Assembly (NCBI GenBank): GCA_039545335.1
Contig: BCIN01000005.1
Span: 648,641 to 712,640 of the forward strand
DNA length: 64,000 nt
Source of the DNA: Kondoa subrosea
Lineage: Eukaryota
Direction of reading: 5' to 3'
Shown: positions 1 through 10,156 of the stretch, piece by piece
Numbering within the stretch: position 1 is the first letter of the stretch
Layout: each line of letters opens with the position of its first letter
Position numbers and translations under genes: made by a program
The notes under the pieces: model-generated
The model's input: only the letters and a program-made list of their open reading frames with translations
What the model was told of the DNA's origin: nothing
Database searches by the model: none

Positions 1-92
1 TGACCAAGTTCGTTTGGGCGATGACAGTACTTGCAGACTGTATTGTGACCACGCATGAGAGTACGATGAGATAGACCAACCGCAATCTCTTG
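1..92 (-). mobile_element. C-terminal (zinc-knuckle) segment of a CRE-like non-LTR retrotransposon, running off the left edge
   Basis: The minus strand from 92 reads QEIAVGLSHRTLMRGHNTVCKYCHRPNELG(H), matching the EI..GL..RTL...CxxC...GH motif that follows the RT domain in RLE-type (CRE) elements. It is not in the ORF track. Confidence 0.7.
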
Positions 93-997
93 CTTACGAT
101 ACCGAATCGGATCTCTTTTACTGCTTGTCGGATGGGACGGTTGAAGTCATTAAGTCACGTCAAGGTGTTCGACAAGGTGATACTCTCGGCAACCTTCTCT
201 TCTCCATCGCCTACCGCCCAGTCTTGGAAGATCTAGATCGAAGACTCAATGCTGGCATAACGAACTCATTCAATCTTGCACGCATATTCTCTTATCTCGA
301 CAACACCTATATTCTCGGCGCTGGCTCTCGTCTTGACGAGATCAAGGAGATTTATGCTGATCATGAGTATCGAGGAATAATCTTGAACCTCAAGCCTCAC
401 AAAACTCGCGAATTTGAACTGAAGCAAGATGTTGAAATTGAAACTCTGGGTACTTATATCGGTCCTTACCCTGAGAAGTTCCTTCGTTGCAAAGTTGTTG
501 AAGAAACTATTCACCTTTTCAAGCTGGACCAGCTAGAAGCTCATCATGCCCTTCTCTTGCTCCGTGTCAGCCTCCAGCATCGCCTTCGTCACCTTCTGCG
601 AACCCTTCCTCCAACAGCAGCAGTTCTTGAAGTCTGGGCTGACATGGATCAAGATATTCACAGAGCCGTCACCAAATTACGTGGCGAGCAAATAGCAATA
701 CAGCCAAACGATCCACGTCTCATCTCTTTCCCTATCAGCTATGGTGGATGTGGATTCTTGTCGCTGAAAGAATGTGCAGATCATGGTCGAGCAGCAATGA
801 TCCAGAAGATGGACTACCTAATCAATGAATTTGCTCCAGATATCAATTATGTTGAACCTGCAGAATTCAAGAGCCAACGCGAACGATGTCATGAAATGCA
901 CAAGCAAAATCGTGCTGATCTCTTACCCCATCTTAACTCGTCGGAGCTTGTCCAATATGTTGATAACCACGCCTCGATTGCTTCACAGTGGCTTGGT
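92..997 (+). mobile_element. Non-LTR retrotransposon reverse transcriptase fragment (CRE-like), truncated at both ends, catalytic motif YLDN
   Basis: An intron-free open frame reads AYDTESDLF...GVRQGDTLGNLLFS...SYLDNTYI...LGTYIG...GGCG...ASQWL, i.e. RT subdomains 3/4 to 7 plus thumb. The KKKKKK tail of ORF 125..1054 is only the poly(A) run. Confidence 0.9.
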
Positions 998-1002
998 AAA
1001 TC

Positions 1003-1020
1003 AAAAAAAAAAAAAAAAAA
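1003..1020 (+). repeat. Poly(A) tract, 18 nt, abutting the retroelement
   Basis: Directly visible: tc-A18-cgccgc. Confidence 0.95.
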
Positions 1021-1309
1021 CGCCGCAAGAAATCGCACAAAAAGCTGTAGCTGATTGCAATCGAGGATCTCCCTCATTGCGCTGGGTACGATCCTAGCCA
1101 GCGTCGCAGCACACTGAGGAGGATTGCAGCTACAGCACAGAGAAACTGATTGTCACAGATGATGTCTGAAGTCAGCTCACTTTCATCAGAGCATGCAATG
1201 ACATCGCCTGACTGGAAGCATTGGTGAAAGATTTTGGTCAGTTGGCATCATGCGAACACTTAAAGAACAGATTGATGAAGCATTGAGCACTCCGTACCAG
1301 CAGTGAAGA

Positions 1310-1783
1310 TCACCAATTCGCACATGGAAGAGAAAGGAAACACCTTGAGTGTACTGTGCGAAAGGAGAGCAGCATGATGTAGAATAGAATTGAGACAATG
1401 GCGAGATTTATTGGACCAACAATTAGAGTCTTGCGATTGATAGCAAGCCAGCACATCAGATGTACAGAACCAGCTGGACGCAGCAGAGATTGGACAGACA
1501 GCAAGAGAGAATTGAAGAAGAATGAGAGCAACAGAAATTGACCTTTATGCGACAAGCTAATATTAATACACGCAGCCGACACTAGATATAATGGCGTCAG
1601 GAGCTTTGGCGCCAGTGGAGCTGCTGCTTCGTCTGACGTTGCAGCTTGAGCAGTAGCATGCGCAGCAAGGCAAAAGAAGTGAAGAACAATCCATGTAACA
1701 AGCATAATTGGAATTCCACGTCCTCGATGGAGGAACGAGCTTAATAAGGTTGATAAAGGTTCAATCAGTGGCATAGTCGACAT
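1310..1783 (-). CDS. Hypothetical hydrophobic protein
   Basis: 157-aa ORF with several hydrophobic stretches. No recognised motif; it may be spliced or spurious. Confidence 0.25.
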   Translation of the reverse strand: MSTMPLIEPLSTLLSSFLHRGRGIPIMLVTWIVLHFFCLAAHATAQAATSDEAAAPLAPKLLTPLYLVSAACINISLSHKGQFLLLSFFFNSLLLSVQSLLRPAGSVHLMCWLAINRKTLIVGPINLAIVSILFYIMLLSFRTVHSRCFLSLPCANW

Positions 1784-2160
1784 TCAACAAGGAGACCGGA
1801 GAGAATGCTGACGAAACAGTCGAACCCATCCAGAGTGATGAGAACGATGCTATCGAAAGCAAGCGACGCATGGAAATTTAAGCAGAGTAAGGGTATCAAG
1901 AGAGATTCAAAGACTATCTGAGCGGCATTGAAGCAGACTCAAAGAATAGAGATGCGGAGGGATTATTTGAAGATTTTACAGTCGGAAGATCTGCAAACAA
2001 GGCTGAGAGAATTGAACAGCAAGGAATAGCAGCAGGCAGATCAATAGCAGACTACGAGCTGTTCGTAGCTCGGAAAAGGAGAGAGCAAAAATGCCTGCTC
2101 TTTCACGCGATGCAACATCTACCTTTTGTTGTTTTCTCTTCATTTCTCCTCTCTCTTCCA

Positions 2161-2192
2161 TCCCCTCCCTTTCCCTTTCCTTTCCCTTTCCC
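2161..2192. repeat. Pyrimidine tract, imperfect (CCCTTT)n, just upstream of the CSD gene ATG
   Basis: tcccctccctttccctttcctttccctttccc. Confidence 0.7.
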
Positions 2193-2217
2193 AGACTCGA
2201 CGACTTTCTCACACAAG

Positions 2218-4248
2218 ATGCCGCAAGACTCAATCTTCGGAGACAGCAGCGACAGCTCACTCAGCTTTGATCTGGGCAACTTGACGATTGACAGCAGTTC
2301 AGGCAGTTCTTCATTTTTCAGCAACTTGGACCTCAGCTCTATTCCCAGCTTCACTCCAGATAGCTCATTCGAGTTCTCCTTGGACACGCCAACCGAGAGA
2401 AGCTCACCTAAAGGCCATAATCTGCAGAATCTCTTGCCACAGCAGCAAACCCCTTTGGCCAATATCAGTCTGAACGCGAAACGACGACCAGCTAACATTG
2501 TCATTCCTTCAAGCTTTGATCGAGTAGTAATCAAGAAAGACAACGAGGGTTATTTTCCTACTTTACCACTTTCAAAGAGTTTGCCAAATTTGTCAGACTT
2601 GAATCGTTCTACCGCTTCTTCCACTACTTTGGTGCAGCATTATGTTGATCCTTCAGCTTATACTGCTGTGGGAGAATACGTTGCTCCTCCTAAATTGGCT
2701 AGCTTGCAACCAGTCAATTCTCCTTATAAGCGTAGAAGCGGTCGAGCAAAGACTTTCAGTTGCGTTCTCTCTCTCTCTCTGCCTTTCCTTTTCGCAATGT
2801 TGCTTAAGACCTGCAATAGATATGCACAAAGGCTTTGGCTTCATTGTTGACGATCTAGGCCAAGAAGAATTAAACGGTCATGATGGTCAGTCTATCTCTT
2901 CGTCGCGTTTTGCCATCTAACTTTCTTCCTTGCTAGTATTCGTTCATCATACTGGTATGTATGGATTCCGCTCGTTGTCAATCTTGGTCTTGATCAGATT
3001 TTTCAGCTATTCTTCGTGTCAACAACACTGAAGGTTTCAAATCTCTTATTGGAGGCGAACCGGTCGAGTACAACATTCATGTTCGAGTACACGATGGCAA
3101 GCTTGGATATCTCGCTAGTGATGTTACTGGTCAGTATGCCTTGATCGTCAATGAAATCTCCAAGTAATCCTATAAACAGGTCCAGGCGGCGCTCGTAAGA
3201 CATTCCTTATTATCATTGACCTACTCATGTCTCTTTAGCTGTCAATGGAGATCCTGAAGGTCGCTTTGGAGCATTGTTCGTCTTTTACCCGTCGTCGTTG
3301 CCTATCTGGCTTAGTCTTGCCTCGGATTATAAGCTCAAAAGACACTCGTCCTAGATTCAACATGATGCTGCAATCTCCACATCAACATCGTATCGGTGCT
3401 CGTAAGTATACCATTTCATTGATTTCTGAACAAAGAAACTGATGCCTGCCTGTCCTTTAGCTTATCCACAGGGAAACCGTTTGCTAGCTCCAGTCTCGCC
3501 TAATCAGTATTTGTTGCCTTCTCATGGTAATCTTGCTACTCCTTTGGCTTCACCAGGTTTAGTAGAAGGCTTTCTCGTTTCTCAACCTAATGATCATGCA
3601 GAAGAGAAGAAGTTCAGTTTGCTCGTTCCGCCTACACCTAGTGGTCATCCGCCAGAACATCATTTCAACTTGGCTGCTTCTACTACTGCTTCTGGTGGAT
3701 ATGTTTTACCTGATCAACCGAATTATGATTTGGGAGGTGTACATCACTTGAACTTCCCTCAAGGCCAACAGCAGCAGCAATTTGTTCAGCCTTCGTCTGG
3801 TACTGGTGGTGCTTTCAATCAACAAGAACCGTCTTTCGCAGCTTACGATGATTATTATCGCAACTCAAACAACATCATTGTTCATCGACCTTTCGCTGCT
3901 GGCTCATATGGTGCAGGAATTGTTGGAGGAGAGAACAACAATAATTTGGGCTCACCTTTTTCACCTCATTTCCCACCACCTCAACCGATTCATTCTATGC
4001 CCAATCATCTTCAAGCTCTTTATTTTCAGCCTTTAGTTCCACAACAGCAACCTTTTATCACTAACGATATGCCTTTCTCTGGCGATTACCATCATCATCA
4101 GCGAAGTGAAAGTATTGCTTCTTCCTCAATGGCTTCTCACACTACTTTCATGCCTTTCAACAACAATCACATTGATCAGCATGCCAATCAGCAATACCAA
4201 CAAGGATTCGATTTACCTCCTGGTATACACATCCCTTTCCTTCATTAG
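2218..4248 (+). CDS. Cold-shock domain (CSD) RNA/ssDNA-binding protein with low-complexity N- and C-termini, multi-exon
   Basis: Removing GT-AG introns 2759-2819, 2886-2936, 2955-3006, 3130-3179 and 3195-3238 gives GRAKTFNMHKGFGFIV...DVFVHHTAI...GFKSLIGGEPVEY...ASDVTGPGGAPVNG (RNP1 KGFGFI, RNP2 VFVH). Exons between 3260 and 3460 are uncertain. Confidence 0.85.
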
Positions 4249-4627
4249 TCCAAAGGAGGAAAAGGAGAAGAAAAACTTACATCCCAGCTTGGGTCCAATT
4301 TCAACATTTTTTAAATCACTTCAGTATTGTCAAATCACCATTCTACAAGATTGCAAGTCTTTGTGTCATTTCGTTCCTTTCTATTTTTGCAGCCCACTTT
4401 CCTTTTCATTTTCGCTTGTTCGATATTTCAGATTGAGTTATAGTTCTTTTTCGCCAGAGGGGAAAGTATCAGTATAAAAAAGGTCAAGGGGTAGAAGAAT
4501 ATCCAAGCAAGAGGGTTTATTATATTGATCATGTTAGAAACAAAACCAGGAAAGTAGTGTCTTCAGAACCAATATTGCAGAAATGTAATCATGCACTATA
4601 TACACACATCACAAAAAGATGTCCAAA

Positions 4628-7052
4628 CTAGCTCAAAGTTTCTGCTACCTCTTTCCCTTTATCCTGTTGCGCACTAGGAATCACTCTCAAAGCTTTTTGC
4701 AAATCATTCATGCAGGATTGAAGGTTGACTTGCACGTTTTCCAGCAGGCGCAATCGCGCTTCTATCCCATCTCGCGTTTCTCTACCCATGATTTGTAGTT
4801 GCTCGTCGCTCAGTTGCGCAGGAAGAGTTGTCGAAGAAGGAGAGGATATTGAAGGAGAAGAAGAAGGAGGAGCAGAAGCTGATGCTAGAAGATCTGCAAT
4901 AGATTGATCATACGAGGCAGAGCCTCTCGAGCGGAAGAGAGGTATAAGTTGAGGTCTTGATAGATCTGAAGGTTGCTGAGGAATACTGCTGGTTGTCGCT
5001 GAATCAGGCGAACGAGATCTAGGTTCGTCGGGCGCTGCTGTACATTTGCGTGAGCAAGAAAGCAATTCACAAGCATACAGGAAACTTACGATTTGTATAT
5101 TGAGCATACCTTGCCCGCCTCTTTGCAGCTATCCTACTTTCGAGCTCTTCCATGCCTGACGAATCATCGTCAGATGAAGCTGATTGCACAGGTCCATTCG
5201 GTCGAAAGACAAAACGCCTCGTTGCCGTAGATTCTGGCGGAGGAGATTTTGAGATCGAAGACCCGGAATCTTGAGATGTCGGTCTATAAGGCGATTGAAG
5301 AGATGGCGGTATACCTAATTCTGGCGCAGCCACAGTCATTCGATAGAAATCTAGCTGTTCTTTCTCTGAAGCAGGTAGGTTCGACTTGCGTGCTGATGCC
5401 CACGGTGTCACTTCGTTCATCAGTTCTTTGGGTAATTGGAAATTGAGAAAAGGGTTGGGTCGAGAAGGTTGAAGATTAGGTGTTTGTGTCCGAGAAGGTG
5501 TAGATGGACCATTCAGAGAGGTAGGTGTGGGAGTAGGCTGAGGCAGAGGCAAACCATTTGCTGCTGGTGTGGCGCCGGGAACAGCTGGAACTTGGCCAGG
5601 TTGCGGAGCCGCAGGCTGAGGAGCATTGCCATTATTGATAGCTGCTGCCGGCTGCCCAGTAGCAACTGGGGTAGGTTGAAGCACTGATCTTCGACTGAAA
5701 GGAACCAATCAGCTCTGGTCAAGCACAGTTGAAGTCTCGCTTACCATGTTGGACAGCTTTGCTGCCTCTCCAGCCAAGATCGTAAGCAATGGAAGTGGAA
5801 TATATGACCGCAAGGAAGCTTCTTAGGCGTATCGTCCGGTGCCATTCGTTTCGGCATCAATCGACCTAAAAATCCTCCTCTTCTTGGTGCGGTAACGACT
5901 CTTCTGTTGATCCTAGTCGCTTCATCTTCAAACATCATCTCTTCTCGACAAATAATACAAGTCTTATCTGATAAATTCTGCATTTCTTCTTCTGCAGCAG
6001 TAGCGTAACGTGAATCCATATTCTTGGTTGCTTCTCTCCATCGTTTAAGATCACGACATTTCCGTAGGAAAGAGCGAGCAGTGAGGTAGACGTCTCGCAG
6101 AACATTGATAGGCAGACCATAGAAGGTGAGTATGAGTGAAAAGAAAGCCAGATAGATCGAAAGCTTCATAAAATCTGTAAGCGACAGAAAACTGTGAGCT
6201 CTTACCTCAGGGATTCCAGAACAACTGCTTACCCGTCGCTAGATCAATGTAGAAAATGAGCACAGATTTGTTCTCCCATGGCACATCGGATTGTAGATCT
6301 ATTGTATTTACGACATACTTGTAGGTTGTATTCCAGTTATTTGCGCCCATGATCAAGTACTTCTTAATGATTAGCTATATCAGCTGTAAGAATGAAAATG
6401 CTTACTTCGGAAGCAAAGAGAATCATTACACTTGGTCCTTCCAACAATATCGATTCGCATGCAAAGCAGGTAAGAACCAGGTCGACCAGCCAAAACATTG
6501 AGAGCATAGTGATCATACGTAAGTGAAACACCCGAGATATCCGTGGTGCTTGTTCCATCTGTATGGTTGCAATTTCTTCAGCTCAATTTTCAGCTGAAAA
6601 TGATAGCAAACGCACCGATTCTACTCTATCAGCTGCCAACCAGTGGAAGATCTTGAGGAAGAGTAAAGTAACGAAACGTATAACGAATGCCGTGTCGAAC
6701 TCGTCTCGAAAGATAGTCAAAGCCAACAAGCTTTCGGTAATAGTGTACCATATTCGTTCATGCAGTCGCTCCAATTCAATCAAACGCAGCGATCCAAAGA
6801 AGATCTTTTGAAAGAGCTTGCCAGCGACTATAGCCAGGAAGATTCCGAAGTTCCACAAGATCTGGGCAAAGGAATCTGAGCTCTGATATAGCATGCGAGG
6901 GTACAGGGACTGACAAGCATGCAAGCATTGCTCTTGCTTAAGTAGACTGCAGCAGAGAAGAAGTTGGACCTTTGCTGAAATGCAAGCAACACGACCCAAG
7001 CGGCCAGCGAGGTAGATAGGGCTGCATACGGCCACAGTGATATCGTCAGCAT
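4628..7052 (-). CDS. HRD1: ERAD E3 ubiquitin ligase Hrd1/synoviolin, multi-exon
   Basis: N-terminal TM region (FFGSLRLIELERLHERIWYTITESLLALTIFRDEF) and RING-H2 (CIICREEM...[28 protein letters not shown]). Confidence 0.95.
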
Positions 7053-7253
7053 CTCATGAATCTGCTGAGAGCTCTAGGGTATGCGTGGCGGTCCAAGGGC
7101 AAGGGAAGGGATACTTTAAAATAAGCAAGTTGTCATAAAGTACACGTCAAGCTTATAATTTCACGTTTTCCTACTGAATTGAACACAACCAAGAGATATA
7201 TATTATACACCGAATTACAGAAGAAGTACTGAGATCGAGCATGTTTGATTCGG

Positions 7254-9859
7254 TCATCGCGTCTTGCCCGCTTGCAGATATGGCGCAGCATCTGGATGAC
7301 TTTGGTAATGTAGAAGATCATAAAGACGTTTGATTTGATCGGCCTGCGTATAGATATTGGCTTAAATCCAACTCGAAGTAGTGAAAAAGGCATTACCTTG
7401 CTTTCCAAAACATCAATCGATTCCCTTAGATGTGCCGCTAGCGTTCTTCGTTTTGCGACTTTTGAAGCAGGATCCATTCTCTTATATGCTTCTGACAATT
7501 CGGTATATATTCTGTTCAGAATCAGAATTCTTGCTACTGTTTCGTCAAGCTAACGCAAGAACTCACGCCTTGTGAGACCCGAAATCCTCTTCCAAATCCC
7601 TCAATGCTCTAGCGAGTACTGTCTGAGGTGGAAGTGAGTCGCTGCTTTCGTCCGCTTCACCACCAAATCCTTCATCATCATCTGCCTCTGTCCATCTTTG
7701 TCTAGGCGAAGATGTTGGTTTGGGCGATGATCTCGTTGGCTGCTGTTGTGGTGCAGGACGAGGAGACGAAGCGTATTTAGCTCGCTGTAGACAGATCCGA
7801 CAATTCACTTCATCGTGCTCGGAAGGTATACTTCGTAGAATTTCGTCAACTCGCTGCATTGCTGAGTCAGGTTCTCCATCCAGGTAATGCCAGAGTCCTC
7901 GACGTCCTTCTTGCGTTTCAGGTAAAGGAGCAGTTCGAGGTCGCTCATCTTCTGATATGGGTCGGTACAAAGGTCGAGCCTTTGGTGCAGGAAGTGGATC
8001 AGAGTACTATTTACAGCATCAGTGCGAGTAATTGAGATCTGTATTACAGGAACTTACCTTTTCACTATACACAGGTTTCGATTTGCTCTGAGATAGAGAA
8101 GCTTGAGGCTTGTATACCTGGACAACGCAATGAGATTACATCAATCAAGTCAAGAGAAGAAGACTTGCATCCTTATCAACCTTTTGCTGTTGCAATTTCT
8201 CGATCAAGGTTCTGACATCTTCAATCTCGCCAGACAGTTTGTCTACACTTTGCTTGAGTGAGTCGATCTTTTCAGACCAAACATGAACTTCTTTTCTGAG
8301 GACTGAAAACTCGTCAGAGTAAGACGCGTTGTGCTTCAGTTGATTGACGGTTTTTATATGTGCGGCCAGAGAATTGGTTAAGCGAGCTACGTGCCCGTGT
8401 AAATGCTCAATAAGTTCCTCTGAGAAGTACCACCGGCATTAGTGTAATTGCTTCAAGGCTATACTGTATGGAAACACGAACCTTGCTGACTCTTCTTGGA
8501 TTCATTGTACTTATAAGGATGAGATCGAGTTGTACCAGTTCCAACTCCGCTATCGCTCGCAGTATCTTGCCTTCGATGACCAGCCTTATTGCCTAATTCC
8601 CCTTCCAATTCTTTGACTCTGTCCGCTGATTCTCCATTCTCATCTTCCAGAGCATTCAACCTCGCTTCTAATTGCAACAATGCATGCTGCAGCTGTTGGT
8701 CGGGTTGAGAAAATCTAGTGGATTGTTGTTGTTCTTGCCGGAGCAGGCCAGAAGAAGAAGGCGCTTGGTATTGAGGTATTTTGGGAGAATTGACAGCAGT
8801 CCTTGAACTTGTAGTGGATTGATTGGACATTGCGACCGGTCGATGACCTAGCCCTTTCTCCGGTGATGCAAGACAATCCGTTACTCCAGTCATGTTTGGT
8901 ACCTGATATTCTGCATTGCTGTTATGTCTGGGTTGAGGTGGTTCATAGAAAGGTGAAGAAGAGGTTCGGGATTCATTACGTTGAAGAGCTGGTTGAGAAG
9001 TTCGCATTGGATATGCTGATTGAGGAGGAGAAGAAGGGAAAGGAACGTCGGCATAGCGAACAGCTGGTGTGAAGTCTACCGCAGGAGAGGCGATATATTT
9101 GTTTGTTGATTTGATAGGATCCGTTACGCGACGGGTAGTCAGAACAGTATTGCCTATCTCTCCTAGAACAGGTCGACCAGCAGTAGGTGTTCTAGAAGGC
9201 GATTGGGCCATACTTTGATGTCCAGCAGGAACGGATCGAGGTACAGAACCTCCAGCTCCAGATATGATGCGCTCAAATTCCCGTCGCAATTCTCTTGCCA
9301 CATTGTCAAACCCACTGACAGGAGATCCTTGAGACCCCATTGACTTTTGTGGAGAAGCAGTATGAGTTGAAGATACCTCATCCGATGACTTGGCACGATG
9401 CATGGAAGAAGGAGGCGGTCTGAATGGGGATGGATACGCTGCCTTGCGTGGTGGCTTTGATGGCTGATGGCCAAGAGCGATATGGAGCGATGCCGTATCG
9501 CTTTCCTCTGTCTCACTTGCTGAGCCGTCTTGAACTCTCGCTCTCCTAGCGTATGGCTTATCGTAAGCAGGGCCATCTGACCTTGACCGAGGATTGTCGC
9601 CATAGCGAGGGGAATTCACATCAAAACTTTGGAAGCCGGGCGATGTTTGGCTATTTGTTCGAATTTTGCCAGCCAAGCGCCTTTGAACATCAGATTCGAG
9701 TGATCTTCTATGTGCCTCTGAGCCGTCGACAGAAATGTTGACGTCAGTCATGTTTGGAGAAGGAACAGGCTGCTGAGCCCGCGAAGACATTGTTCGGTGG
9801 ATTGAAGTGAGATTGGAAGGTGCCGTGTAAGCGAAGCCAGGTGTAGGGGTGTTCTGCAT
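7254..9859 (-). CDS. Spindle-pole-body/centrosomal coiled-coil protein with Cep57 microtubule-binding domain (Ppc89-like), multi-exon
   Basis: C-terminal PPQTVLARALRDLEEDF...ELSEAYKRMDPAS...KRRTLAAHLRESIDVLESKADQIKRLYDLL, preceded by a long S/P-rich region and coiled coil. Confidence 0.75.
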
Positions 9860-10156
9860 CGACGGCTCCTACTGCTGCATGCCCCAAGCAAGAAAAAGGC
9901 TACTTTGCTACAAAAGCGTTGTAAGACAAGAGTTGAGCGAACTTTGGAAACGAAAAACAACAAAGACTCGTGAAGTAAACAAATCCATTACTGCCCTTAT
10001 ATACTTGCATCTACAGCTAAGTACAGTCATCCACACCTTACAAATCATCACTCCACCCTCTAACTCGGCTGAGAATAGGAAATACAATATGAGAAATGAT
10101 GGTGTCGAAAGAGCTCAAGCTTACATTCTAGTCTTTCGCATGTACCGAGACTAGCA

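Noticed and set aside
80..1028. CCGCAA at 80-85 and 1023-1028 as a target-site duplication around the RT fragment
   Set aside because: The left copy lies within element-derived coding sequence (EIAVG on the minus strand), and the right copy is offset from the poly(A). It is probably a chance 6-mer.
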